Shown piece after piece: positions 50,558-61,656 of a stretch of DNA of 64,000 nt. The position numbers and the translations under genes are program-made. The stretch's first letter is position 1. Every line of letters begins with the position of its first letter. A model generated the notes under the pieces. The model did not search any database. It was not told the origin of the DNA and was given only the letters and a program-made list of their open reading frames with translations. Origin of the DNA: Phycisphaerae bacterium (GTDB lineage Bacteria; Planctomycetota; Phycisphaerae; UBA1845); assembly GCA_963666835.2 (NCBI GenBank), contig CAXXGO010000006.1, forward strand, positions 992,001 to 1,056,000, in the 5' to 3' direction.

Positions 50558-51784
50558 TTGCTCCCTTTCTCCAGCAGCCTGTTAACCGCATGCCGAAAAA
50601 CCGTATTCTATGAACTAGCTCTGAGTCACACCGGGGTCTTCGAGTGTGCCACTGCTCTTGAGCAGTGCGGGAGCGGGACTTTTGAGAGAGACGAAACGTT
50701 GTTGGATGTGCTCGGCCTTACGTTTGATGAAGTACGGGCGGCTCTGCAGACGCCGCCCCACCGCGTGAAGGAGCTGCGCGCCGATTACAAGCGGCTGCAC
50801 CGCGGCGAAGTCGGCGAGAACTCTCTTCGCGTCGGAGTGCTTCCGGTCGTTCGTCGTGCAAAAGAGGGTGAGCTGACCAAGTTCATTCAGCGCTGCCCGG
50901 ACGGACTCGAAACCGAAAGCGTGGTCGTTCCGATGCGAGGCTACACTCGGACGTGGAAGACGCTGTGTGTATCCTCGCAGGTCGGCTGTGCCAGGGGTTG
51001 CGCGTTTTGCGAGACCGCCCGTCTTGGGTTGCTGCGGAACCTGTCCTGTGCGGAGATTGTCGGGCAGGTGGTCGCCGCCCGGCGCGAACACGGGGACGAG
51101 CTCCGCAACGTCGTCTTCATGGGGATGGGCGAACCGTTCGATAACTTCGACGCGGTGGTCCACGCCATTCGAGTTATTACGGACCGCTCCGGCCTGTCGT
51201 TGGGGCTGAGGAGAATCGCGGTATCCACGGCCGGGGTGACCGCGGGCATCCGCCGGTTGGCCGCGGTCGGTTGGAAACGTCTCGACCTGGCAATCTCGCT
51301 GAACGCTCCTAACGACGAGATCCGCGCCAGGATCATGCCCATCGCGCGGGTCGAGCCTATGAGTGCCCTGCTTGAGGCACTTAAGGCCTATCCCTTGCGG
51401 AACTGCCAGTTCTTCATGATCGAATACGTGCTGATCCCCGGGTTGAACGATGCCCGCGAGCATGCCCGCGAGTTAGCCGAGTACCTGCGTCCGTTAGCGT
51501 GTATCGTCAACGTCATTCCATATAACCCACGTCACGATTCGCCGTGGGACGCTCCGACGGAGGAATCGGTTCTCCGGTTCGTTTCCTGGCTCGACGAGGC
51601 CGGACAACCCGTCAAACGCCGGATTACGAAAGGTCGCACGCTCATGGCCGGCTGCGGTCAGCTCGGCAATCGTGCACTAGCCCGCAACACGAACCCGCCG
51701 GTGGACAGGGCTGACACCGGTTGCCCGGAGTCGCCGCTGATCATAGACGAGCCTCATCGCGGCCGTGTCGATGGAACGTGGTAA
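50558..51784 (+). CDS. rlmN: RlmN/Cfr family radical SAM RNA methyltransferase
   Basis: TLCVSSQVGCARGCAFC, VFMGMGEP, ISLNAP, IEYVLI, GCGQL. The true start is probably near 50699-50710. Confidence 0.88.
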   Translation: MLPFSSSLLTACRKTVFYELALSHTGVFECATALEQCGSGTFERDETLLDVLGLTFDEVRAALQTPPHRVKELRADYKRLHRGEVGENSLRVGVLPVVRRAKEGELTKFIQRCPDGLETESVVVPMRGYTRTWKTLCVSSQVGCARGCAFCETARLGLLRNLSCAEIVGQVVAARREHGDELRNVVFMGMGEPFDNFDAVVHAIRVITDRSGLSLGLRRIAVSTAGVTAGIRRLAAVGWKRLDLAISLNAPNDEIRARIMPIARVEPMSALLEALKAYPLRNCQFFMIEYVLIPGLNDAREHARELAEYLRPLACIVNVIPYNPRHDSPWDAPTEESVLRFVSWLDEAGQPVKRRITKGRTLMAGCGQLGNRALARNTNPPVDRADTGCPESPLIIDEPHRGRVDGTW

Positions 51785-52072
51785 AATGGGAAGATGCCCG
51801 TCTTCCGAAGGTCACCCTGCGGACATGCTACTAACCCCCGTATTATCGGCCCACGAAGATTGTCTGTTTTTGTCTGGCCAAGTGGGACAGTATGCGCAAC
51901 TTCTTCCATAATAGGTAGTTATCGCAATCGAGAGCGATGGCGGCGGCGGCGTTAATCGTCGTTTTTTTGTTGAATCGCAGCTAGCTAAGCTAGTATATTG
52001 GTGGGTAATTGGGTTAAGAGCGACGATTGTCGCTCGGTGTGCCCATGGGTGCCAGGGGAACCGTTTAGAGTG

Positions 52073-52753
52073 ATGGCAGCCGGATCATCTGATAGAACGA
52101 GTATCGCCAACCGTGCTTCCAAGGCGGCAGTCTTGGGGATCGGGTTGGCGGTCAGTGCGTGCCTGATGGGGGTGGCGCTGCAGGCTCGGTCCGGTTCGCT
52201 CCTGGCGTGGTTCACTTTGATTCCGCTGTTCCTTTCGATCAGGATCCTGACGCCGTTGCGGGCGTCGCTGGCGGGGGCGTTTTGGGGCTTGTGCCTCTTC
52301 CTGTTCAGCAGCCTATCGGCGGACGCACCGTTTGCTCCGTCGTTATCAGCGTTGGCGCTGCTTACGGCCGCGCCGGGGCTATATGCTCTGGTCGGCTCGC
52401 TGATTACCCGGCGGGCGGGCTTCAGTCCGCTGCTGTTGGGTTTGGGTTGGATTGGTGTCGAGCTGGCGTTGCAGCCGCTGGGCATCAGACACGGATTGCT
52501 TGCCGGGACGCAAGGGCAGGGGCTCATCGTTCGGACGATGGGTTACCTATCCGGCTACGTTGTGGTGGCTTTCCTGGTTGCGTATGTAAACGCATCGTTG
52601 CTGTCGATGTTGAGCGACGTTTGCGTTTCGCATAGTGGGCTGCGGGTGGCCCCGCGTTCGACGCGGTCGGCACCGCGGCTCTCTCCGACAGAACTACCTG
52701 CCTACCTTTACCAAGTCTTCAGTCCTAGCCAACCGCGCGCTCCCCCGGTCTGA
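52073..52753 (+). CDS. Membrane protein resembling the Lnt N-terminal TM region, ending in an RAPP motif
   Basis: LAWFTLIPLF...G.FWG...WIGVEL pattern with about six TM helices; no nitrilase domain; ends SQPRAPPV. Confidence 0.65.
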   Translation: MAAGSSDRTSIANRASKAAVLGIGLAVSACLMGVALQARSGSLLAWFTLIPLFLSIRILTPLRASLAGAFWGLCLFLFSSLSADAPFAPSLSALALLTAAPGLYALVGSLITRRAGFSPLLLGLGWIGVELALQPLGIRHGLLAGTQGQGLIVRTMGYLSGYVVVAFLVAYVNASLLSMLSDVCVSHSGLRVAPRSTRSAPRLSPTELPAYLYQVFSPSQPRAPPV

Positions 52754-53088
52754 AACGGGGTTTATGGGGCGTCGGCCTGCCACGCAGGTGACGCGGTGTT
52801 CCTGCGCTAAGTCGGGGACAGTCCGAGATCGACGCCTCAGGTGCAGTACGCGTTGGTAGATTCTCTTGTATCAGATTCAGGAATAGCGGAAGCGCTTGCT
52901 TCCGATTCTGGCTGCATGTGCCGGAGGCGTGGGGAGCGTTTGTTGTGCGCTGCCAGCGACCATGGCCCGTCTTACGGCGGGTGTCGCAAGCGTCTGATCG
53001 TGTTCGGCGGATGTGGCACTGAGGTTACCCAAGTACGGTGGGTGAAGGCTCGGTCCTTTGCTTACTGGATTTATGCGGAGATTTGAGG

Positions 53089-55026
53089 ATGAAATTGGTT
53101 AAGTGTTTGACTGTATGTGCGATGATCGGCCTGATGGCCACGGCGAGCGTCCAGGCTTTGGAGCCGGCCGGTCACAATATGCAAACCACGGGTAAGGTCA
53201 CGAAGGCGATTGCCTCGGGCGTTGCCGGAGCCCCTGGTGAGCATAACCCGAGCGTTTTCTCTGATGACTGCCCGGCTACTGACTTGGGTCAGTTGCTGAC
53301 GGCCGGCGGGAGTTTCGCAAGCGACATGACGGGCATGACGAATGTCTTCGAGTGCACCGATGGCGCGTGTGACACCTACTGCCCGTGGTACGGTGCCGGC
53401 GGTGTGGACGAGATCTTCGAGTTCACCGTCGAGGCCGACGGCCTGTGGACGTTTGATACCGGCACCGTGGCGGCCGGCTGGGACACCAGCCTGATGCTGC
53501 TCGAGGGTGCCTGCCCCGGGACTTTCATCACCTGTGATGATGACAGCGGTCACGTAGACCACTGGGAGTCGGAAGTTACGGCGTACCTGACTGCCGGCAC
53601 GACGTACCAGATCGTCGTTGACGACGGCCAGTACGAGGGCATTGTCCCGACGACGTACACCGTTACGTATTCGTTCATGCCGGGCTGCGTTGATGATGCG
53701 GGTTGTGACGACGGCCAGTACTGCAACGGCGTTGAGACCTGCAACACCGCCACGTACATGTGCGAAGCCGGTACCCCGATCGTCTGCCCGGAGGTCTACC
53801 AGAGCTGCGACGAAGCGACGGATTCCTGTGTGAACCCGGATCCGTGCCTGGTGTACGAGGCGCAGGTGATGGGCACGACCTACTTCCCGATGGACTCGTG
53901 GTCGAGCCAGGGCTTCATTCCGGCCAGCTACGGCGATGACTGGTATCTCCAGCCGGGCCTGGGTCGTGACCTGGAGAACTACTGGTCCTTGTTCTACATG
54001 CTTCCGAGCGATTTCACGGCGCCGTATCAGGTCAACGTCGAGCTGCACGAGTTCGCCCAGCTTTGTGACGGCGACTACGCGGTTTGCACCGAGGATGCGG
54101 ATTGTGTCGGTCATGGCGGAACCGAAGCCTGCTTGATGTTCAACGAGCCGGGCCCCGCGATTCCGAACACCGCCTGCACCGTGGACTGTGCTGCTGCCGG
54201 GTTCTGCGTTGCCGACTGTTCGCCGGCCGGCGGGGCGACCTTGCCCGATATGCTCTGGTACGTCGTCACCCCGACGGACACCGCCGGTGGTCCGATTGCG
54301 GCCGAAGGCGCTGCAACTTTGGGAGCCAGCAGTGATATTGCGGCTCTGTATGACCTCACCCTGGTCGGCGGATGGGCGACCTGGGATGCCGGTGGTGCCA
54401 CCAACTTCCTCGCGGATCTCTGTGCGACTCCGGTTGGTGCTTGCTGCATGGCCGACTTCACCTGCAGCGTGATCAGCGAAGCCGACTGCGATGCCGCCGG
54501 CGGCGTCTGGTACCCCAGCATCATCGGTGCGTTGACTGATTGCACCGACACGGACACTGACGGCGTTGCCGACCTCTGCGACAACTGCGTGGATGTCATG
54601 AACGCCGACCAGGCCGACTGTGACGGCGACGGCGAGGGTGATGCCTGCGAGGCCGATGAGGCCGATCAGGATATGGACGGCGACGGCGTCTGCAACGGCG
54701 TTGACCCGTGCCCGTTTGATAACCCCGACGACAGCGACCTCGACGGCTTCTGCGACTCGGATGACGAGTGCGTCCTGGATCCGATGAAGAGCGTTCCGGG
54801 GCAGTGCGGCTGTGGCGTTGGCCCGATGGCCGGCTTCGACAACGAGCTGGACACTGACGGTGACGGCTATGCCGACTGCGTCGACCTGTGCCCGGGCATC
54901 GATAACGACCTGTTCCCGGGCTGCGACACGGCCATCCCGACCGTCTCCGAGTGGGGTCTGGTCGTTCTGGCGTTGCTGCTGTTGGTTGCTGGTAAGGTCT
55001 ACTTCGGTCGTCGCGAGATGTGCTAG
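53089..55026 (+). CDS. Surface protein with Cys-rich/TSP3 repeats and IPTL-CTERM sorting signal
   Basis: Signal peptide; CDDGQYCNGVETC, GACC and DxDxDGxxDxCD repeats; tail IPTVSEWGLVVLALLLLVAGKVYFGRR. Confidence 0.9.
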   Translation: MKLVKCLTVCAMIGLMATASVQALEPAGHNMQTTGKVTKAIASGVAGAPGEHNPSVFSDDCPATDLGQLLTAGGSFASDMTGMTNVFECTDGACDTYCPWYGAGGVDEIFEFTVEADGLWTFDTGTVAAGWDTSLMLLEGACPGTFITCDDDSGHVDHWESEVTAYLTAGTTYQIVVDDGQYEGIVPTTYTVTYSFMPGCVDDAGCDDGQYCNGVETCNTATYMCEAGTPIVCPEVYQSCDEATDSCVNPDPCLVYEAQVMGTTYFPMDSWSSQGFIPASYGDDWYLQPGLGRDLENYWSLFYMLPSDFTAPYQVNVELHEFAQLCDGDYAVCTEDADCVGHGGTEACLMFNEPGPAIPNTACTVDCAAAGFCVADCSPAGGATLPDMLWYVVTPTDTAGGPIAAEGAATLGASSDIAALYDLTLVGGWATWDAGGATNFLADLCATPVGACCMADFTCSVISEADCDAAGGVWYPSIIGALTDCTDTDTDGVADLCDNCVDVMNADQADCDGDGEGDACEADEADQDMDGDGVCNGVDPCPFDNPDDSDLDGFCDSDDECVLDPMKSVPGQCGCGVGPMAGFDNELDTDGDGYADCVDLCPGIDNDLFPGCDTAIPTVSEWGLVVLALLLLVAGKVYFGRREMC

Positions 55027-55048
55027 TCGGACGACCTGTCAGGTTCTA

Positions 55049-55103
55049 GGTGGTCTGCGGAGGGGGTCCGAAAACGACCCCCTCCTGCGACCGCCGCTTT
55101 TTC
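55049..55103 (+). terminator. Probable intrinsic terminator
   Basis: GGAGGGGGTC/GACCCCCTCC stem, extended by GGTGGTC/GACCGCC, then GCTTTTTCT. Confidence 0.65.
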
Positions 55104-55406
55104 TCCCGTCATGCCCCCTCGGGGCTGGTATCGGCTTTGGACTGACGCGGTGAGCCTGCCCACCGGGAAGGATGGGCAGACCATTCCGATTCCGAGTCCG
55201 ACTTCGGCGGGAACCGGGTCCGCATAACGGACCATTCCGGGGTCAGCCCCGGAAGTCGCTTGATTGCGACGTGTCGCTGGCATATAAGTGCGCAAAGGAG
55301 TACCGCCTGCGGTCTTTTCGAAGGCTGCAGGCGGTCTTTGTGCGATAGGGCCGAATAACCCCAGCGGAGCCGGAGTGTCCGGCCGTCGTCCGGACCGAGA
55401 GAAGCT

Positions 55407-56069
55407 GTGAGCAAGGGAAAGAAGAAACCCAAGGACCACTCATCTTCACCGCCTTTAGGTGATGACAAGGGTAGTCCACGTTCCGGCCGAGATCGAGGTC
55501 CGCAAGCTGCGCGTGGGCGAAACGGTACGCGGCCGCGCCGCAAGACCTGGATGCAGACCCACGGCCGGGACCTGCGTTTTCTCGCGATCTTCGCCGCGAT
55601 CATGACGGCTTACTACGCCTTTACGACCACGGACGTCGCCAAGGCCGGGTTCGAGTGGTATCTCGAGCTGAACGCGCAGGTGTCTGCGGGTGTCGTTCAC
55701 CTCTTCGGCTACGATGACATGACCCGGACAGGCAAGTCGCTCACTTCGCCGAACGGTTCCATCACCGTAGAGCGCGGCTGTGATGCCGTCGAGCCGTCGG
55801 CATTGTTTGTTGCGGCCGTGTTGGCGTCGCCGGTCCCGTTCTTCTCGCGCATTTCGGCAGCCGTTGCCGGGACCATCCTGCTAATGCTCATCAATCTGTT
55901 TCGGATTATCAGCCTGTTCCTGACCGCCGTACACTGGCGAAGCGCATTCGACATAATGCACTTGGACGTCTGGCAGGCCGCGTTTATCTTCTTCGCGATA
56001 CTCCTTTGGGCGCTGTGGGCGGCCTGGGCGACGAAGAAGCATCCGAGACCGGTCCATGTTCGAACCTAA
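55407..56069 (+). CDS. xrtH: Exosortase H (IPTLxxWG-CTERM-specific exosortase family)
   Basis: Exosortase Cys-Arg-His triad (GCDAVEP, NLFRIISL, MHLDVWQ); multi-TM; adjacent to an IPTL-CTERM gene. The true start may lie further downstream. Confidence 0.85.
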   Translation: MSKGKKKPKDHSSSPPLGDDKGSPRSGRDRGPQAARGRNGTRPRRKTWMQTHGRDLRFLAIFAAIMTAYYAFTTTDVAKAGFEWYLELNAQVSAGVVHLFGYDDMTRTGKSLTSPNGSITVERGCDAVEPSALFVAAVLASPVPFFSRISAAVAGTILLMLINLFRIISLFLTAVHWRSAFDIMHLDVWQAAFIFFAILLWALWAAWATKKHPRPVHVRT

Positions 56070-56802
56070 ACGACTTCTGTTTTTCGCTGTCGTGTTCGTA
56101 ATCGCCTGCGGTACGTTGATGACCGCGGTACGTTTATGGACCGAGGACGCTTACGCTGCGCTGTTTCGCTTCGGTGGCGACACGGTGTTCTCTCGATTCT
56201 GGTTCTGGGGCGATGGCAGCGTCGCATTCTTCGACCTTGATGCTCCGGATGTGCGCGACCAGGTGGAGCGAGATTTCCGGCGCCACGTGCAGGATGCGAT
56301 GGGCGATCGGATCGATGCCAGTTCGGTCAACCTCCCCGCCAGTTTCCAGGTCCCGCGAAAGCAAGGCGCCAAGGACACGCTGATGGTCTTGAAGAACCGG
56401 ACGACTCCCGGGTCTTTCGGACAGCTTCGTACCAGCAGCAGGTTGATGGGCTTCGAGCCGACGGCCGTGTTGCTGTCGCTCTTCCTGGCAACGCCGACTA
56501 CCTGGCGCCGCCGCGGATGGGGGATTCTGTGGGGGCTAGTGGCGATCCACGTGTTCATCGTGGTCAGGGTCTCGCTGACGCTTGCTGCTAACGGCTTCGC
56601 CGCGGACAAAAAGTATGCCCTGTTCGGTCTGAGCGAGTCTTGGACTCAGTTTCTGACTCGTGCCGAAGAGGTCTTGGTCTCCAATCCGACGGTGTCCTTT
56701 ACCGTTCCCGTTTTCATCTGGCTTCTGGTCTCGTTCCTCACCGGAGGGTTGTCGGCATTCGTTGCGGATGCGGGCGAAGCTGAGACCGCCGAAGCCTCGT
56801 AA
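56056..56802 (+). CDS. Exosortase-associated membrane protein
   Basis: Overlaps xrtH by 14 nt; TM helix, soluble loop, then three TM helices with SLFLATP...RR motif. Confidence 0.7.
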   Translation: MFEPKRLLFFAVVFVIACGTLMTAVRLWTEDAYAALFRFGGDTVFSRFWFWGDGSVAFFDLDAPDVRDQVERDFRRHVQDAMGDRIDASSVNLPASFQVPRKQGAKDTLMVLKNRTTPGSFGQLRTSSRLMGFEPTAVLLSLFLATPTTWRRRGWGILWGLVAIHVFIVVRVSLTLAANGFAADKKYALFGLSESWTQFLTRAEEVLVSNPTVSFTVPVFIWLLVSFLTGGLSAFVADAGEAETAEAS

Positions 56803-56807
56803 GCGGC

Positions 56808-56893
56808 CGTTGAAAAAGGGGACTGGCTCCGACGATTCCCCCTTACGGCATCAAGAGAGGTCTTCGGCGAGGTGCCTGTACCCTTTCTCGACG
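56808..56893. repeat. Imperfect inverted-repeat element
   Basis: CGTTGAAAAAGGGGACTGGCTCC ... GGTGCCTGTACCCTTTCTCGACG. Confidence 0.55.
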
Positions 56894-56974
56894 ATCGAGT
56901 GGACGTGCGTTCGGTACGCCTTGGTCCTATAATCGGGGTACTCGTTTTCGGCGGTATTTGGAGGCCTGAATCCC

Positions 56975-58108
56975 ATGTCTTCATCGCTTCGACTCAAGGA
57001 GCTTCTCGATAGCAACACGATGCCGGCCGCGCCCGAGCTCGTAACCGCAGAAGAGGACGGGCGAGTGCAGTGTCTGGCTTGTGGCCACCAGTGTTCGATC
57101 GCTCCAGGCAGAGCCGGAATCTGTCGGGTGCGGTTCAATAGAGACGGAGAACTGCGGGTCCCGGCGGGCTACGTGGCCGGGCTGCAGATTGACCCGGTTG
57201 AGAAGAAGCCGTATTACCACGCGCTTCCGGGGCGGGAGGCGTTATCGTTTGGGATGCTGGGTTGCAGCTTCCATTGCAGCTTCTGCCAGAATTGGGTCAC
57301 CAGCCAGACGCTGCGCGACGACTCGGCCGTAACCAGGCCGAACTTCTGCAATCCGGATCAGATAATCGCGGCAGCCGTTGCAGAGAACGTGCCGCTGGTC
57401 GTCAGCACATACAACGAGCCGCTAATCACCGCCGACTGGGCGGTGGAGATCTTCAAACTTGCCAAGGCCGAGGGCATGCGGTGCGGCTTGGTGAGCAACG
57501 GCTACGCCACACCGCAGGTGCTGGAGTTCCTCCGTCCCTATGTGGACGTGTGCAACGTCGATCTTAAGACGTTCAACGACCGGCAGTATCACGACCTCGG
57601 TGGAATCCTCGATCGCGTGTTGGAGTCTATCAAGCGGCTCAGCGAGATGGAGTTCTGGGTCGAGGTGGTCACGCTGGTAGTGCCCGGATTCAATGACTCC
57701 GATGATGAACTTCGGCAGATCGCTGAGTTCATCGTCAGCGTTTCGCTCGACATTCCGTGGCACGTGAGTGCGTTCCACCCCGACTACAAAATGACAGGTC
57801 CGCCGCGCACGCCGGTGAGCACCCTGCTGCGGGCATACGACCTCGGAAAGGCGGCCGGTTTGAAGTACGTATATCCGGGGAACGTCGGCGGCGGGGTCGG
57901 GGAGCGGGAGAGCACTTTCTGCCCGTCTTGCGGCAAACGGGTCATCCGGCGACGTGGGTATGTGGTGGACGAGAACCTGATGAAAGGCGGGGCCTGCCCG
58001 TTCTGCACGGCCAAAATCGCCGGATTGTGGGAAGAGGAACCCCCGACCTCGCCCGGCGGACCGGGTATTCCGCTTCCGGTCACTATGCCCGAACCGCCGC
58101 GCCGTTGA
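56975..58108 (+). CDS. amrS: AmmeMemoRadiSam system radical SAM enzyme
   Basis: N-terminal C..C.H.C...G.C..R; DPVEKKP; GCSFHCSFCQNW; TYNEP; AFHPDYKM; C-terminal CPSCG/CPFC. Confidence 0.92.
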   Translation: MSSSLRLKELLDSNTMPAAPELVTAEEDGRVQCLACGHQCSIAPGRAGICRVRFNRDGELRVPAGYVAGLQIDPVEKKPYYHALPGREALSFGMLGCSFHCSFCQNWVTSQTLRDDSAVTRPNFCNPDQIIAAAVAENVPLVVSTYNEPLITADWAVEIFKLAKAEGMRCGLVSNGYATPQVLEFLRPYVDVCNVDLKTFNDRQYHDLGGILDRVLESIKRLSEMEFWVEVVTLVVPGFNDSDDELRQIAEFIVSVSLDIPWHVSAFHPDYKMTGPPRTPVSTLLRAYDLGKAAGLKYVYPGNVGGGVGERESTFCPSCGKRVIRRRGYVVDENLMKGGACPFCTAKIAGLWEEEPPTSPGGPGIPLPVTMPEPPRR

Positions 58109-58342
58109 CGATCAGCCGAGAAGGCGCGCCCTCGCCTCTGCTGTAACCGGTGGTAACGACACACTTGGTGCGTTTCATGCTTTTCCCTGCAGGGAGGCCG
58201 GAGTTTCAGCGCGATGGGGGCATGCGGCCCCGAGTGGAGAGCCCGGCAGAGGCCCGAGGGTATTCGTTGGTAATCCCGCCTTAAACCGCTACGGCTCGGG
58301 GGTAACGTGTTGATCCTTGACCGCCGATATACTAGGTCGTAG

Positions 58343-59488
<1,146 letters not shown>

Positions 59489-59612
59489 GTCTATCCGGTC
59501 ATTGTTATGGCTATAAGTAATCCTGAGCGAGCTGTAGGTCTCGACCGGTGTAGAACCGCCCGGGCGAAATCTGCGGCTCGTTTCTTGTCTGCCGCTTGAC
59601 CTTGTTTCAAGG

Positions 59613-60857
59613 ATGCCGATTGCGATGAAGAAGACTGTTGAGAGCGTTGATGTATGTGGTAAGCGAGTGCTTGTTCGAGTTGACCTTAATGTGCCGCTGG
59701 ACGCTGAACGGAGGATCACCGATGACCGGCGGATTCGAGGGGCGTTGCCCACCGTGCGGCGGTTGATCGAGGGCGGGGGGCGATTGGTTCTGATGAGCCA
59801 TCTGGGTCGACCGGAGGGCGGACCGGAGGACCACGCGAAGTTCACACTCGCCCCGGTGGCAAAACGCCTGGGGGAACTGATCAACAAGCCGGTCAAGCTG
59901 ATTGCGGACTATCCCAGCGAGGAAGCCAAGAAGGCCGTCGCGGCGATGGCCGACGGCGATGTCTGCCTGCTGGAGAACCTCCGCTTCCACGGCGCAGAGA
60001 CGATCAAGGACAAAAACGCGGCCGCGGATCCGGCTCTGCGCGATCAGAAGGCGGCGTTCGCTGCTGAGCTGGCAGGCTTGGCGGACGTCTACGTGAACGA
60101 TGCGTTCGGAACGTGCCATCGCGACAACGCCAGCATGTTGACGGTCCCCCGGATGATGGAGGGGAAGCCGAGAGTTGTGGGTTATCTTGTGCAAAAGGAG
60201 CTGGCGTTCCTGGGTGATGCGGTTGCGGAGCCGGTTAGGCCGTTCGTGTGCGTGTTGGGCGGAGCCAAGGTCTCCGACAAGCTCAACGTCATCCAGTCGT
60301 TGATGACCAAGTGCGATACGATTCTGATCGGAGGGGCGATGGCGTATACGTTCCTGGCGGCGGAGGGCATGGACGTCGGGAAGAGCCTGGTCGAGCCGGA
60401 TCTCTTCGATACCGCCCGCAAGCTCCGCTCCGAAGCGGGGAGCCGGCTGCAGGTCCCCGTTGATTCGGTGGTTGCCACCGAAATCCGCGAGGGTATCTCC
60501 GTGGACGTGTGTGAAGGAGCCATCGACGGCGAACGGATGGGTCTGGACATCGGCCCTAAGACCGTGCAAGCTTATGCAGAAGTGATCGGCGCTGCGAAGA
60601 CCGTCGTCTGGAACGGCCCCATGGGGGTCTTCGAGACCTCGCCGTTTGACGCCGGGACGATGGCCATTGCGTCGGCGGTGGCGAAGGCTACCGACAATGG
60701 GGCGACGACGATAATCGGCGGCGGCGACAGCGCTGCGGCGATAGAAAAAGCCGGACTCGCCGAGCGGATGACCCACATCTCGACCGGCGGGGGGGCGTCG
60801 CTCGAGTTCCTTGAGGGCAAGGCATTCGCAGCCATCGAAGTGTTGGACGACGCATAG
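59613..60857 (+). CDS. pgk: Phosphoglycerate kinase
   Basis: RVDLNVP, SHLGRP, LLENLRF, NDAFGTCHR, GGAKVSDK, STGGGASLE. Alternative start at 59625. Confidence 0.98.
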   Translation: MPIAMKKTVESVDVCGKRVLVRVDLNVPLDAERRITDDRRIRGALPTVRRLIEGGGRLVLMSHLGRPEGGPEDHAKFTLAPVAKRLGELINKPVKLIADYPSEEAKKAVAAMADGDVCLLENLRFHGAETIKDKNAAADPALRDQKAAFAAELAGLADVYVNDAFGTCHRDNASMLTVPRMMEGKPRVVGYLVQKELAFLGDAVAEPVRPFVCVLGGAKVSDKLNVIQSLMTKCDTILIGGAMAYTFLAAEGMDVGKSLVEPDLFDTARKLRSEAGSRLQVPVDSVVATEIREGISVDVCEGAIDGERMGLDIGPKTVQAYAEVIGAAKTVVWNGPMGVFETSPFDAGTMAIASAVAKATDNGATTIIGGGDSAAAIEKAGLAERMTHISTGGGASLEFLEGKAFAAIEVLDDA

Positions 60858-60866
60858 ACGAACTCT

Positions 60867-61604
60867 TTGGAAGGAAGCATAACAATCGAACCTGACCCAT
60901 CGCCGAGGGCCGGCTTCTTATTGGAAACTCCTGCGGTCCGTATGGCGCCATCACTGCTGGCAGCGGACTTCGCGTGTCTGCGCGACGAGGTTGCGGAAGT
61001 TGAAAAGGCCGGGGCGGAGATACTCCATCTCGATGTGATGGATGGCCACTTCGTGCCGAACATCAGTTTCGGCGTGCCGGTCATCAAGTCGCTTCGCAAG
61101 TGCAGCGAGATGTTCTTCGATGCCCATCTGATGATCGCCGAGCCCAAGCGGTACGTCGAGGCGTTCGTCAAAGCCGGTAGCGACCTGATTACCTTCCACA
61201 TCGAGGTGACGGACGAGCCGCGAGAGGTGGCCGACCATATCCGCAACCTGGGTGCGAAAGTCGGGGTGAGTCTGAATCCCACCACCCCCGCGTCGGCAAT
61301 CGACGCCGTGATCGACCGGGTGGATCTCGTGTTGGTGATGAGTGTCTGGCCCGGGTTCGGCGGTCAGAAGTTCATCGCGGACGTGCTGCCGAAGGTCGAG
61401 GAGCTGGCCGGGCGACTCCGGCCGGATCAGCGCTTGCAGATCGACGGCGGGATCGACGTGTCCACGATCGAGGCCGCGGCGGCTGCCGGGGCTGATACGC
61501 TGGTCGCGGGGACCGCTATTTTCGGACGTCCCGACCGGGGGCAGGCGATGGCCGAGCTGAGCCGTTTGGCCGAGTCTGCAAGGGGCTCGTGGGGCGTTTC
61601 CTGA
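60867..61604 (+). CDS. rpe: Ribulose-phosphate 3-epimerase
   Basis: APSLLAADF, HLDVMDGHFVPN, DAHLM, MSV.PGFGGQ, IDGG. The start may be slightly downstream. Confidence 0.96.
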   Translation: MEGSITIEPDPSPRAGFLLETPAVRMAPSLLAADFACLRDEVAEVEKAGAEILHLDVMDGHFVPNISFGVPVIKSLRKCSEMFFDAHLMIAEPKRYVEAFVKAGSDLITFHIEVTDEPREVADHIRNLGAKVGVSLNPTTPASAIDAVIDRVDLVLVMSVWPGFGGQKFIADVLPKVEELAGRLRPDQRLQIDGGIDVSTIEAAAAAGADTLVAGTAIFGRPDRGQAMAELSRLAESARGSWGVS

Positions 61605-61656
61605 ACTTAAGCTTGATAGACTCGTATTTCATGGCAATGGCGGGTATGCTACGCGC

